From positions 11,184 through 35,183 of the forward strand of contig CALFRR010000082.1 of NCBI GenBank assembly GCA_937919435.1: DNA of 24,000 nucleotides. Reading direction: 5' to 3'. The translations under genes and the position numbers were made by a program. The DNA comes from an uncultured Alphaproteobacteria bacterium. GTDB taxonomy: Bacteria; Pseudomonadota; Alphaproteobacteria; Rhizobiales; Ancalomicrobiaceae. Below the pieces are notes generated by a model that saw only the letters and a list, made by a program, of their open reading frames with translations, was not told the DNA's origin and ran no database searches. Position 1 is the stretch's first letter. Each line of letters begins with the position of its first letter. Below are positions 8,757 to 16,766 of the stretch, piece by piece.

Positions 8757-9999
8757 GCGCCTCCGCACCGAAGAGGCGATCGACGACGCCGCGTCCCGCC
8801 GCCCGGCCGGTCGAGAAACAGGCCTGCAGCAGATAGCCGCCGGTCGGCGCCTCCCAGTCGAGCATCTCGCCGGCGACGAACACCCCGGGCAGCTTCTTCA
8901 GCATGAAGTGCTCGTCGACCTCGTCGAAGCGGATGCCGCCGGCCGAGGAGATCGCCCGCTCGATGCCGTTCGCCGCGACGATGGTCAGCGGCACGTCCTT
9001 GACCAGCCGGGCGAGGGCGGCGGGATCCTCGGGCAGCGTCCGGCCGCCCCCCTCGCGCAGCAGGCCGATCGCCACCGGCGGCAGGTGCAGCGCCTTGCGG
9101 ATCCGGTTGGAGACGGTGTCGCCGCGCCGGCCGGTGGCGGCGAGGGCGGCGACGATCTCGCGTGCGTCGAGCCCGACCTTCAGGTCGAGGCGCACTTCGA
9201 CCGGACCGGAAGCGGCGATCGCATCGCGCAGGGCGGCCGAGATCTGGTAGACGGCCCCGCCCTCCAGCCCGTCGGCGGTGACCGTCGCCTCGCCGACCAC
9301 GGTCTCGCCGCCGAAGCGGATGCCCAGCCGCTTCAGCGGTTCCCCGGCGAAACGGTCGCGGAAGATCTCCGACCAGCCGACCCGGAAGCCGCAGTTGGTC
9401 GGCCGGAGCGGCGCCACCGCGATGCCGGCGGCCTCGAGCATCGCCGTCCAGCGGCCGTCGGAACCGAGCCGCGGCCAGCTCGCGCCGCCGAGCGCCAGCA
9501 CGACCGCGTCCGCGGCGACCGTCTCGGCGGTCCCGTCCGGTCCGACGAGCCGGGCGGCGCCGTCGGCGAAGCCTTCGAACGAGGTGTTCGGCCGGGCGAC
9601 GACGCCGAGCCGCGCCAGCCGCGCCAGCCAGGCCCGGAGCAGCGGCGACGCCTTCATCACCGTCGGGAACACCCGGCCGGACGTGCCGACGAAGGTCTCG
9701 ACGCCGAGATCGGCCGCCCAGGTCCTGAGCCGCTCCGGCGGGAAGGCGCGGATCGCCGGGGCCAGCCGGTCGCGGGCCGTGCCGTAGCGGGCGAGGAACC
9801 GGTCGAGCGGCTCGGTGTGGGTCAGGTTCAGACCGCCGCGGCCGGCCATCAGGAACTTGCGGGCGAGGCTCGGCATGCGGTCGACGACGGTCACCGCGAT
9901 CCCGGCCCGGGCGATCACTTCGGTCGCGGCGAGCCCCGCCGGGCCGCCGCCGACCACCACCACCCGACGGCCGGTCGCATCGCTGGTCTCGTCGGTCAC
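8737..9999 (-). CDS. FAD-dependent oxidoreductase, HI0933/BaiN-like (TIGR03862-type flavoprotein)
   Basis: The 420-aa product has the N-terminal dinucleotide fold VVVVGGGPAGLAAT, then KFLMAGRGGLNLTH, and the C-terminal GEMLDWEAPTGGYLLQACFSTGRAAG typical of the HI0933 family. The start is GTG 9999, preceded by GAGGAG 8 nt upstream. Confidence 0.85.
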   Translation of the reverse strand: MTDETSDATGRRVVVVGGGPAGLAATEVIARAGIAVTVVDRMPSLARKFLMAGRGGLNLTHTEPLDRFLARYGTARDRLAPAIRAFPPERLRTWAADLGVETFVGTSGRVFPTVMKASPLLRAWLARLARLGVVARPNTSFEGFADGAARLVGPDGTAETVAADAVVLALGGASWPRLGSDGRWTAMLEAAGIAVAPLRPTNCGFRVGWSEIFRDRFAGEPLKRLGIRFGGETVVGEATVTADGLEGGAVYQISAALRDAIAASGPVEVRLDLKVGLDAREIVAALAATGRRGDTVSNRIRKALHLPPVAIGLLREGGGRTLPEDPAALARLVKDVPLTIVAANGIERAISSAGGIRFDEVDEHFMLKKLPGVFVAGEMLDWEAPTGGYLLQACFSTGRAAGRGVVDRLFGAEALTPPMD

Positions 10000-10154
10000 C
10001 TGGACATCTCCTCGATCGCGGTCGCGGCCGCGGATCGCTGCGGGCCGCCTCGCGTCCGCTTGTGGGCCTTCGCGAGGTTCGGCGCAAGGCCGAACGGCGG
10101 CCGGACGGCGATCGCCCGGATCAGTTCATCGTTCGATAACGTCGAACGATCCAT
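9996..10154 (-). CDS. Candidate unannotated 52-codon upstream ORF, translationally coupled to the flavoprotein gene
   Basis: ATG 10154 is preceded by GGAG with 6-nt spacing. The peptide is MDRSTLSNDELIRAIAVRPPFGLAPNLAKAHKRTRGGPQRSAAATAIEEMSR. Its stop TGA (9998-9996) overlaps the flavoprotein GTG (9999-9997) as GTGA. My count over codons 11-52 gives GC1 69%, GC2 62% and GC3 93%, a coding-type periodicity. GC3 falls to about 50% just upstream of the ATG. I recognise no family. Confidence 0.4.
   Translation of the reverse strand: MDRSTLSNDELIRAIAVRPPFGLAPNLAKAHKRTRGGPQRSAAATAIEEMSR
10128..10150. promoter_or_regulatory. Perfect 9-bp inverted repeat ATCGTTCGA-N5-TCGAACGAT; candidate operator or RNA hairpin
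   Basis: Arm 10128-10136 is the exact reverse complement of arm 10142-10150. It lies in the 269-bp divergent region between the flavoprotein gene and wrbA, and overlaps codons 2-9 of the candidate small ORF. Confidence 0.4.
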
Positions 10155-10268
10155 CCGATACTCCGGGGATGTACGTAGACACCGGAAAAGGCCAATCTGC
10201 ACCCCGACGAAACCGACGGCGACGGACGCGCGTGCGATCCGACCGCCCGATGATCCGGGAGACGGACG

Positions 10269-10868
10269 ATGGCGAAGGTGCTGGTGCTCTATTATTCGAC
10301 CTACGGCCACATCGAGACGATGGCGAACGCGGTCGCCGAAGGGGCTCGCGCGGCCGGTGCCGAGGTGGCGGTGAAGCGGGTGCCGGAGACGGTGCCGGAA
10401 GAGATCGCCAAGGGTGCCCACTTCAAGCTCGATCAGGCGGCCCCGGTGGCGACCGTCGACGAACTCGCCGACTACGACGCGATCGTCTTCGGCGCGCCGA
10501 CCCGCTTCGGCACGGTCGCCTCGCAGATGCGCAGCTTCATCGACCAGACCGGCGGCCTGTGGTTCACCGGCAAGCTGATCGGCAAGGTCGGCTCGATCTT
10601 CACGTCGTCGGCGACCCAGCACGGCGGCCAGGAATCGACCATTCTCGGCTTCCTGCCGACGCTGCTCCACCACGGCATGGTGGTGGTCGGCCTGCCCTAT
10701 TCGTTCGCCGGCCAGATGGGCCTCGACGAGATCAAGGGCGGCTCGCCCTACGGCGCGACGACCATCTCCGACGGCGACGGCTCGCGCCAGCCCTCGGCGG
10801 TCGAGCTCGACGCCGCCCGCTTCCAGGGCCGTCACGTCGCCGAGATCGCGGCCAAGATCGCCGGCTGA
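10269..10868 (+). CDS. wrbA: NAD(P)H:quinone oxidoreductase, type IV (WrbA flavodoxin-like)
   Basis: The 199-aa product has [29 protein letters not shown] and [14 protein letters not shown], typical of WrbA. ATG 10269 is preceded by GGGAGA. Confidence 0.93.
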   Translation: MAKVLVLYYSTYGHIETMANAVAEGARAAGAEVAVKRVPETVPEEIAKGAHFKLDQAAPVATVDELADYDAIVFGAPTRFGTVASQMRSFIDQTGGLWFTGKLIGKVGSIFTSSATQHGGQESTILGFLPTLLHHGMVVVGLPYSFAGQMGLDEIKGGSPYGATTISDGDGSRQPSAVELDAARFQGRHVAEIAAKIAG

Positions 10869-10898
10869 TCGCCGGACGTCTCGACCCGTCCGAACGAG

Positions 10899-10932
10899 AA
10901 AACCCCGCCGATCGACCGATCGGCGGGGTTTT
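10899..10932. terminator. Bidirectional rho-independent terminator between convergent wrbA and aas
   Basis: AAAA (10899-10902) is followed by CCCCGCCGATCG (10903-10914), which pairs with CGATCGGCGGGG (10917-10928), then TTTT (10929-10932). The A-run and T-run flanks allow termination on both strands. Confidence 0.85.
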
Positions 10933-10958
10933 CAATTGTCCCGATGCGCCACCGGCGA

Positions 10959-13900
10959 TCAGGCGAAGCCCGCGGCCTCGCGCACCTGGCGGCTCAGCGT
11001 GAGATTGTCGATCTTGCCGGTGCCGAGCAGCGGCAGCGCCTCGCGCCAGACCACTTCCGAAGGGATCATCAGTTCGGAGAGACCGACCGCCCTGGCGCCG
11101 GCGATCAGCTCGTCGCGGGTCGAGCCCTCGCGGGTGGTGACCAGCACGATGCGCTCGCCCTTCTTCGGATCGGGGACCGCGGCGGCGGCGGACTGGGCCT
11201 CCGGCCAGAGCGCGGCGACGAACTTCTCGATCGCCGCCAGCGAGACCATCTCGCCGCCGATCTTGGCGAAACGCTTGGCCCGGCCGAGGATGGTGACGTA
11301 GCCCTCGGCATCGATGTCGACGATGTCGCCGGTGTCGTGCCAGCCCTCGTTCGGCGGTTCCAGCACGCCGGGATTCTCCGCCCGGAGATAGCCGAGCATG
11401 ACGTTGGGGCCGCGCAGATAGAGGCGTCCGCCCTCGTCGATGCCGTCGATCGGCTCGACCCGGGCCTCGAGGCCGGGCAACACCCGGCCGACCGTGCCGA
11501 AGCGGTTGAACATCGGCGTGTTGACCGCCACCACCGGCGCGGTCTCGGTGACCCCGTAGCCTTCCAGGATGCGCAGGCCGAACTTCTCCATCCACACCCG
11601 GCGGGTCGATTCCTTGACCGGCTCGGCACCGGCGACGACCAGACGCAGCGAGCGGAAGTCGTAGGGGTGGGCGGCGCGGGCATAGCCGGTGAGGAATGTG
11701 TCGGTGCCGAACAACACGGTGGCGTTGAAGCCGTAGACCAGTTCCGGCACCACCCGGTAGTGGAGCGGCGAGGGATAGAGGAAAATCGGCAGGCCCGAGG
11801 TGAGCGGCAGCAGGAAGGCGCCGGTCAGGCCGAAGGAATGGAACAGCGGCAGCACGTTGAGCACCCGGTCAGCGCGGCCGAAGTCGACCCGGGCGGCGAT
11901 CTGGGCGATGTTGGCGAGCACGTTGCGCGACGACAGCACCACCCCCTTCGGGGTCCCCTCGGAGCCCGAGGTGAACAGCACCGCCATCGCGTCGTCGGCC
12001 TTGCGGCGGTGGATCGGGTGCTTCCACAGGAGCAGCCCCTCGATCTTGTCGAGGGTGCCGATGGTGGGGCGCACGTCCTCCAGATAGACGATCTCGACGT
12101 GCGGGCTCAGATGGGCGATCAGGTCCTCGAGCCGGCCCTTCTCGACGAAGGCGCGGGAGGTGACGATCGCCCCGAGCTCCGCCGCTCTGGCCGCGGCCAG
12201 CACCGCCGCCGGTCCGGCCGAGAAGTTGATCATCGCCGGGACCCGGCCGGCCGAGTGCAGCCCCAGGAAGGTCGCCGCGGCGGCATTGGCGTTGGGCAGC
12301 ATCAGACCGATGCAGCGGCCCTTCGGGGCCAGATGTTCGAGCTTGCGGCCGAGGACGCGGGCGCCGATCAGCAGCTTGCGGTAGGTCATCGAGCCGGTCA
12401 TCGGATCGACCAGCGCGACCCGTCCCGGCGAATGGTCGATCGCCGCCCTGACCACCTGGCGGAACACCGACCGGTCGGTGTCGGTGGTGCGCCAGATCAG
12501 GTCGGACATCACGTCGTAGAGGGCGTTGCCGGCGGCCCGGCGGCGGGCCCGGCCGACCAGTTCGGGCGCGACCTCGAGCCGGCGTCCGGGCAGCACGGTG
12601 ACCCGGACCTTCGGGAACAGCCGGCGGCGGACCTGCGACGGGTCGAGCCGCGAGAACGGCGTCTGCTCGAGCCCTTCCAGGCGCACCGGTACCACCAGCG
12701 CATCGGTGCGCAGCGCCACCAGACCGGCGCCGTCGTAGACCTTCATCAGCGATCCGGTGACGGTGAGCCGGCCCTCCGGGAAGATCACCAGCGGATCGCC
12801 GGTCTCCACCGCGTGGATCAGCGAACGGGTCGCCATCGGGCGGGTCGGCTCGATCGGCAGGGCGCGGACCAGTGGCAGGAAGGGACGCACCCACCAGCGG
12901 GTGGCGATGCCGCTGTCGATGGCGAAGATCGGGGTCCGCTCCATCAACGCCAGCGCCAGCGTCGCATCGAGGAAACTGACGTGGTTCAGCGCCACGACGG
13001 TGCGATTGGGCAGGTTGACGAGGTTCTCGGCACCGATCACCTCGACCCGGAAGGCGACGCGGTAGGCGAGGAACAGCAGATCGCGCAGCGGGTTGGTCGG
13101 CAGGGTCGCCCACACCGCGACGGCGACGGCGAGCGAGGCGAGGCCGATGCCGACGAGCAGCGGCACGATGCCGACCCCGGCCGCCTGGAGGGCGGCGACG
13201 AGGAGGCTCGACACGGTCATGAAGGCGGCGTTGAGAACGTTGACCGCGGCCACCACCCGGGCTCGCCGGTCGGCGTCGGCCCAGGCCTGGAGGGCGGCGA
13301 AGACCGGCACCACGAACAACCCACCGGCCGCCGCCAGCACCGCCAGATCGACGGCGAGGCGCAGACCGCCGTGCATCTCGGTGAAGGCGAGGAAGCCGAT
13401 CGGCGCGCCGGCGGGCGGCAGATGGAACACCGTCCAGGCCGCGTCGAGGGCGGAGAGACCGATCAGCAGGCCGGCGATCGGCGTGGTGACCAGCACGATC
13501 CGGTGGCCGGAGAGCCAGGCGGCGAGGCCGGAACCGAGGGCGATGGCGATCGCGAAGACGGCGAGGAAGCCGGTGACCAGTTCCTCGGTGCCGCCGATCG
13601 CGCCTTCGACCAGCGGCGGCAGCAGCGACAGGACCACCGCACCGACCGCCCAGAACCAGCTCGACACCAGTCCCGCCCAGAACAGCCGCGGCTTCTCGCG
13701 GAGGTCGGCGAGGAGCTCGAAGGTCGAGGCGACGACGTTCCAACGCACCTTCAGATCGGGCGCGGCCCGTCCGGTCGGCGGAATCCGACGGGCGGCGGCA
13801 TAGGCGGCGGCGGCGAAGCCGATCATCACGACCGACAGGATCGTCGGCGATCCGCCGCCGGCACCGGCGAGGCCGCCGAGCACCGTGCCGATCAGGATGG

Positions 13901-14351
13901 CGAGAAACGTCGCACCCTCGATCAGCGCGTTGCCGGCGAGCAATTCGCCGCGGTCGAGATGGTCGGGCAGGATGCCGTACTTGATCGGACCGAACAGCGC
14001 GGCGATCAGCCCGAAACCGGCGAGCGCGGCGAACAGGATCGGGATCGAGGCGAGGACGAAGCCGGCGACCGCGACCGCGGCGACGGCGATCTCGAAGGCC
14101 TTCAGGCGGCGTGCCACCAGTGCCTTGTCGTGACGATCGGCGAGTTCACCACCCAGGCCGGAGAAGAGAAAGAACGGCGCCATCAGAACGGCGGCGGCGA
14201 GCGTCACCAACGGCCCGGACTTTTCCGGCCCCACATGGAACAGGATCAGCAGAACCAGGGCGTTCTTGAGGAAATTGTCATCGAGTGCCGAGAAGAACTG
14301 ACACCAGAAGATCCCGGCGAACCGCCGAGAAGCGAGGAGCGACTTCGACAT
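10959..14351 (-). CDS. aas: Tri-domain fusion: LplT-like MFS lysophospholipid transporter + 2-acyl-GPE acyltransferase + acyl-ACP synthetase (Aas)
   Basis: I place the start at ATG 14351 (MSKSLLASRRFAGIFWCQFF...), preceded by GGGAG, giving 1130 aa. The N-terminal 410 aa or so are polytopic and MFS-like. The acyltransferase motifs are NHVSFLDA (HX4D) and FPEGR. The adenylate-forming motifs are FTSGSEGTPKGV, GYGVTET and GDIVDIDAEGYVTILGRAKRFAKIGGEMV. The track ORF continues to 16172 only because no stop occurs antisense to the next gene. Confidence 0.88.
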   Translation of the reverse strand: MSKSLLASRRFAGIFWCQFFSALDDNFLKNALVLLILFHVGPEKSGPLVTLAAAVLMAPFFLFSGLGGELADRHDKALVARRLKAFEIAVAAVAVAGFVLASIPILFAALAGFGLIAALFGPIKYGILPDHLDRGELLAGNALIEGATFLAILIGTVLGGLAGAGGGSPTILSVVMIGFAAAAYAAARRIPPTGRAAPDLKVRWNVVASTFELLADLREKPRLFWAGLVSSWFWAVGAVVLSLLPPLVEGAIGGTEELVTGFLAVFAIAIALGSGLAAWLSGHRIVLVTTPIAGLLIGLSALDAAWTVFHLPPAGAPIGFLAFTEMHGGLRLAVDLAVLAAAGGLFVVPVFAALQAWADADRRARVVAAVNVLNAAFMTVSSLLVAALQAAGVGIVPLLVGIGLASLAVAVAVWATLPTNPLRDLLFLAYRVAFRVEVIGAENLVNLPNRTVVALNHVSFLDATLALALMERTPIFAIDSGIATRWWVRPFLPLVRALPIEPTRPMATRSLIHAVETGDPLVIFPEGRLTVTGSLMKVYDGAGLVALRTDALVVPVRLEGLEQTPFSRLDPSQVRRRLFPKVRVTVLPGRRLEVAPELVGRARRRAAGNALYDVMSDLIWRTTDTDRSVFRQVVRAAIDHSPGRVALVDPMTGSMTYRKLLIGARVLGRKLEHLAPKGRCIGLMLPNANAAAATFLGLHSAGRVPAMINFSAGPAAVLAAARAAELGAIVTSRAFVEKGRLEDLIAHLSPHVEIVYLEDVRPTIGTLDKIEGLLLWKHPIHRRKADDAMAVLFTSGSEGTPKGVVLSSRNVLANIAQIAARVDFGRADRVLNVLPLFHSFGLTGAFLLPLTSGLPIFLYPSPLHYRVVPELVYGFNATVLFGTDTFLTGYARAAHPYDFRSLRLVVAGAEPVKESTRRVWMEKFGLRILEGYGVTETAPVVAVNTPMFNRFGTVGRVLPGLEARVEPIDGIDEGGRLYLRGPNVMLGYLRAENPGVLEPPNEGWHDTGDIVDIDAEGYVTILGRAKRFAKIGGEMVSLAAIEKFVAALWPEAQSAAAAVPDPKKGERIVLVTTREGSTRDELIAGARAVGLSELMIPSEVVWREALPLLGTGKIDNLTLSRQVREAAGFA

Positions 14352-14657
14352 CACTGGCTCCCGAGGAGGCATCCTGAAGCGGATCTGCGGGCGTCGATAC
14401 GTGGAGCGCTCGCCGGGCCGTCGATCCGGGGCTGGTGAGGCCGGTTCGGCGCATCCGTCGCGGCCCGCGGCAGGCCTCCCGATCCCTTTTTCTGAACAAC
14501 GTTCACAATACGATACACGAAGCCGCAGACGAGGCAAGAGCGAACTCGTGCCGGAGCGCCCGCATCCGCGATGGCCCGGACCGACACGGCCTGCGTGCTG
14601 GTCCGCCGATCCTCGCCGGTCTATAGGAACGAGACGACGTATGAAATGGAGGACTCG

Positions 14658-16112
14658 ATGGAAGGCCGTCCCGGGAATTGCAGGAACGCGTGGGCGAATC
14701 GATTCGGTCGAGCGATCGCCTCCGGGGTGGTGGGACTCTTCGCCACGATGTCTCCGGCGGTGGCCGCCGGTTTCGACGGAGCCCACCTCGGCGTCATCTG
14801 GGCACTTCCCTTCGTCGGCACCCTCCTGTCGATCGCCCTCTTCCCGCTTCTCGCCCCGCACTTCTGGCATCACCACTTCGGCAAGGTCGCCGCGGGCTGG
14901 GGTCTCGCGTTCCTGGTTCCCTTCGTCCTCGCCTACGGACCGGGCGTCGCGGTTCACGAGGCGCTGCACGTCCTGTTCCTCGAGTATCTGCCGTTCGTCA
15001 TCGTGCTCGGAGCCCTGTTCACGATCGCCGGCGGCATCCTGGTGCGCGGCAACCTCCACGGCAGCCCGGCCCTGAACACCGGCCTGCTGGCACTCGGGAC
15101 GTTTCTCGCCTCGCTGATCGGAACCACCGGTGCCTCGATGGTGCTGATCCGGCCGCTGCTGCGGGCCAACGACGGTCGCCGGCATTCGGTCCATGTCGTC
15201 GTCTTCTTCATCTTCCTGGTGTCCAACATCGGCGGCGCTCTGACCCCGCTCGGTGACCCGCCGCTGTTCCTCGGCTATCTGCAGGGCGTGTCGTTCTTCT
15301 GGACGACCCGCAACGTCTTCGACGAGATGCTGATCGTCTCGCTCGCCCTGCTCGGCCTGTTCTGGATCGTCGACGGGTGGCTCTATCGGCGGGACGCCAC
15401 CTTCCGGCCGCTTCCCGATCCGACCCCGGACACGAAGGGCATCTCGATCTGCGGCAAGGCGAACTTCGCCCTGCTCGGGTTGGTGGTGGCGGCGGTGCTG
15501 ATGTCGGGGTCGTGGGACCCGGAGATCACCTTCGACGTCGCCGGCATCCGGCTCGAGCTGCAGAACGTGCTGCGCGACGCGATCCTGATCGGCGCCGGCC
15601 TCGCCTCGCTCGCCCTGACGCCGAAGGGCCTGCGCGAGGAGAACGGCTTCAACTGGGATCCGATCCTCGAGGTGGCCAAGCTGTTCGCCGGCATCTTCCT
15701 CACCATGGTGCCGGTGATCGCGATGCTCAAGGCGGCCGGCGACGGCGCCTTCGCCCCGCTGGTGGCGCTGGTCGAGCGTGCCGACGGGACCTCCGACGTC
15801 CGCATGTACTTCTGGCTGACCGGCTTCCTGTCGTCGTTCCTCGACAACGCCCCGACCTATCTGGTGTTCTTCAACCTCGCCGGCGGCGATCCGGTCGAAC
15901 TGATGGGGAAATCGGCGGCGGTGCTGGCGGCGATCTCGTGCGGTGCGGTGTTCATGGGCGCCAACACCTACATCGGCAACGCCCCGAACTTCATGGTCAA
16001 GGCGATCGCCGAGAAGAGCGGCATCTCGATGCCGAGTTTCTTCGGCTACATGGCGTGGTCGGGCGGCATCCTGGTGCCGATCTTCATCGTCCTCACGTTC
16101 CTCCGGTTCTAG
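14658..16112 (+). CDS. Putative Na+/H+ antiporter or ion transporter of the ArsB/NhaD superfamily
   Basis: The polytopic membrane protein of about 484 aa has conserved stretches GASMVLIRPLL, FIFLVSNIGGALTPLGDPPLFLGY, SSFLDNAPTYLVF and GANTYIGNAPNFMV, as in proteins annotated sodium:proton antiporter. ATG 14658 follows GGAGGA by 4 nt. ATG 14646 is an alternative start. The function call is family level only. Confidence 0.72.
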   Translation: MEGRPGNCRNAWANRFGRAIASGVVGLFATMSPAVAAGFDGAHLGVIWALPFVGTLLSIALFPLLAPHFWHHHFGKVAAGWGLAFLVPFVLAYGPGVAVHEALHVLFLEYLPFVIVLGALFTIAGGILVRGNLHGSPALNTGLLALGTFLASLIGTTGASMVLIRPLLRANDGRRHSVHVVVFFIFLVSNIGGALTPLGDPPLFLGYLQGVSFFWTTRNVFDEMLIVSLALLGLFWIVDGWLYRRDATFRPLPDPTPDTKGISICGKANFALLGLVVAAVLMSGSWDPEITFDVAGIRLELQNVLRDAILIGAGLASLALTPKGLREENGFNWDPILEVAKLFAGIFLTMVPVIAMLKAAGDGAFAPLVALVERADGTSDVRMYFWLTGFLSSFLDNAPTYLVFFNLAGGDPVELMGKSAAVLAAISCGAVFMGANTYIGNAPNFMVKAIAEKSGISMPSFFGYMAWSGGILVPIFIVLTFLRF

Positions 16113-16153
16113 GCGACGGCCCGACCGACGGAGCGAGGTGCGGGGAGGGATCC

Positions 16154-16702
16154 GTGGACGACGATTTCGCATCCGCGCCGGCTCCCGCCGAACCGCCGCC
16201 GCGGCGACCGGAGGAGACCCGGCTGGTCCTCAGAGGGGTCAGGCGCCACCTGACCCGCCTCGGGCTCGCCGTCGTCGACGAGATGCCGCTCGCCTCGGGG
16301 CGCCGGGCCGACGTGGTCGGTCTCGCCGCCGACGGAGAGATCTGGATCGTCGAAGTGAAGTCGTCGGTCGAGGATTTCCGGGTCGATCACAAGTGGCCGT
16401 TCTACCGGCTGCACTGCGACCGACTGTTCTTCGCCACCAGCCCGCGGGTGCCGCTCGACATCTTTCCCGAAGACTGCGGCCTGATCGTCGCCGATGCCCA
16501 CGATGCCGAGATCCTGCGGCCGGCCCCCGAGCATCGGCTCGCCGCGGCGACCCGCAAGGCGACGACCCTGCGCTTCGCCCGGCTCGCCGCGTCACGGCTC
16601 CAGGCGCTGATCGATCCCCGCGATCTCGGCAACGTCGACGTCGAGCGACCACGCGACGGTGGTCCGGCCGCTCACGGACCCGACGGTTCGCAGACGACCT
16701 GA
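16154..16702 (+). CDS. mmcB: MmcB-family DNA repair protein (PD-(D/E)XK nuclease-like)
   Basis: GTG 16154 is preceded by GGGGAGGGA. The product is 182 aa. It carries the nuclease-type core RRADVVGL...GEIWIVEVKSS (D...E.K), followed by DFRVDHKWPFY and DRLFFA, as I recall for the MmcB family. It starts 41 bp after the antiporter stop. Confidence 0.7.
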   Translation: MDDDFASAPAPAEPPPRRPEETRLVLRGVRRHLTRLGLAVVDEMPLASGRRADVVGLAADGEIWIVEVKSSVEDFRVDHKWPFYRLHCDRLFFATSPRVPLDIFPEDCGLIVADAHDAEILRPAPEHRLAAATRKATTLRFARLAASRLQALIDPRDLGNVDVERPRDGGPAAHGPDGSQTT

Positions 16703-16766
16703 CCCCGGCGCCGTCCCGGGGAGCCGGGCACGGCACGCGTTCGATCCATCGCCGCGAAATCGAGGT

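Noticed and set aside
14351-14587. A 78-codon minus-strand ORF ending in a TGATG overlap with the aas start, which looks like a coupled upstream ORF.
   Set aside because: Its third-position GC is only about 65% by my count. The peptide is low-complexity (PRIDGPASAPRIDARR arises from a short DNA repeat). It also spans the A/T-rich promoter-like patch. This contrasts with the 9996-10154 ORF, which shows clean periodicity.
14352-16172. The 5' extension of the aas ORF, which makes a 1737-aa protein in the track (10959..16172 -).
   Set aside because: The extension is antisense to the antiporter gene and crosses the intergenic region. The recognisable MFS domain begins at ATG 14351, which has its own SD.
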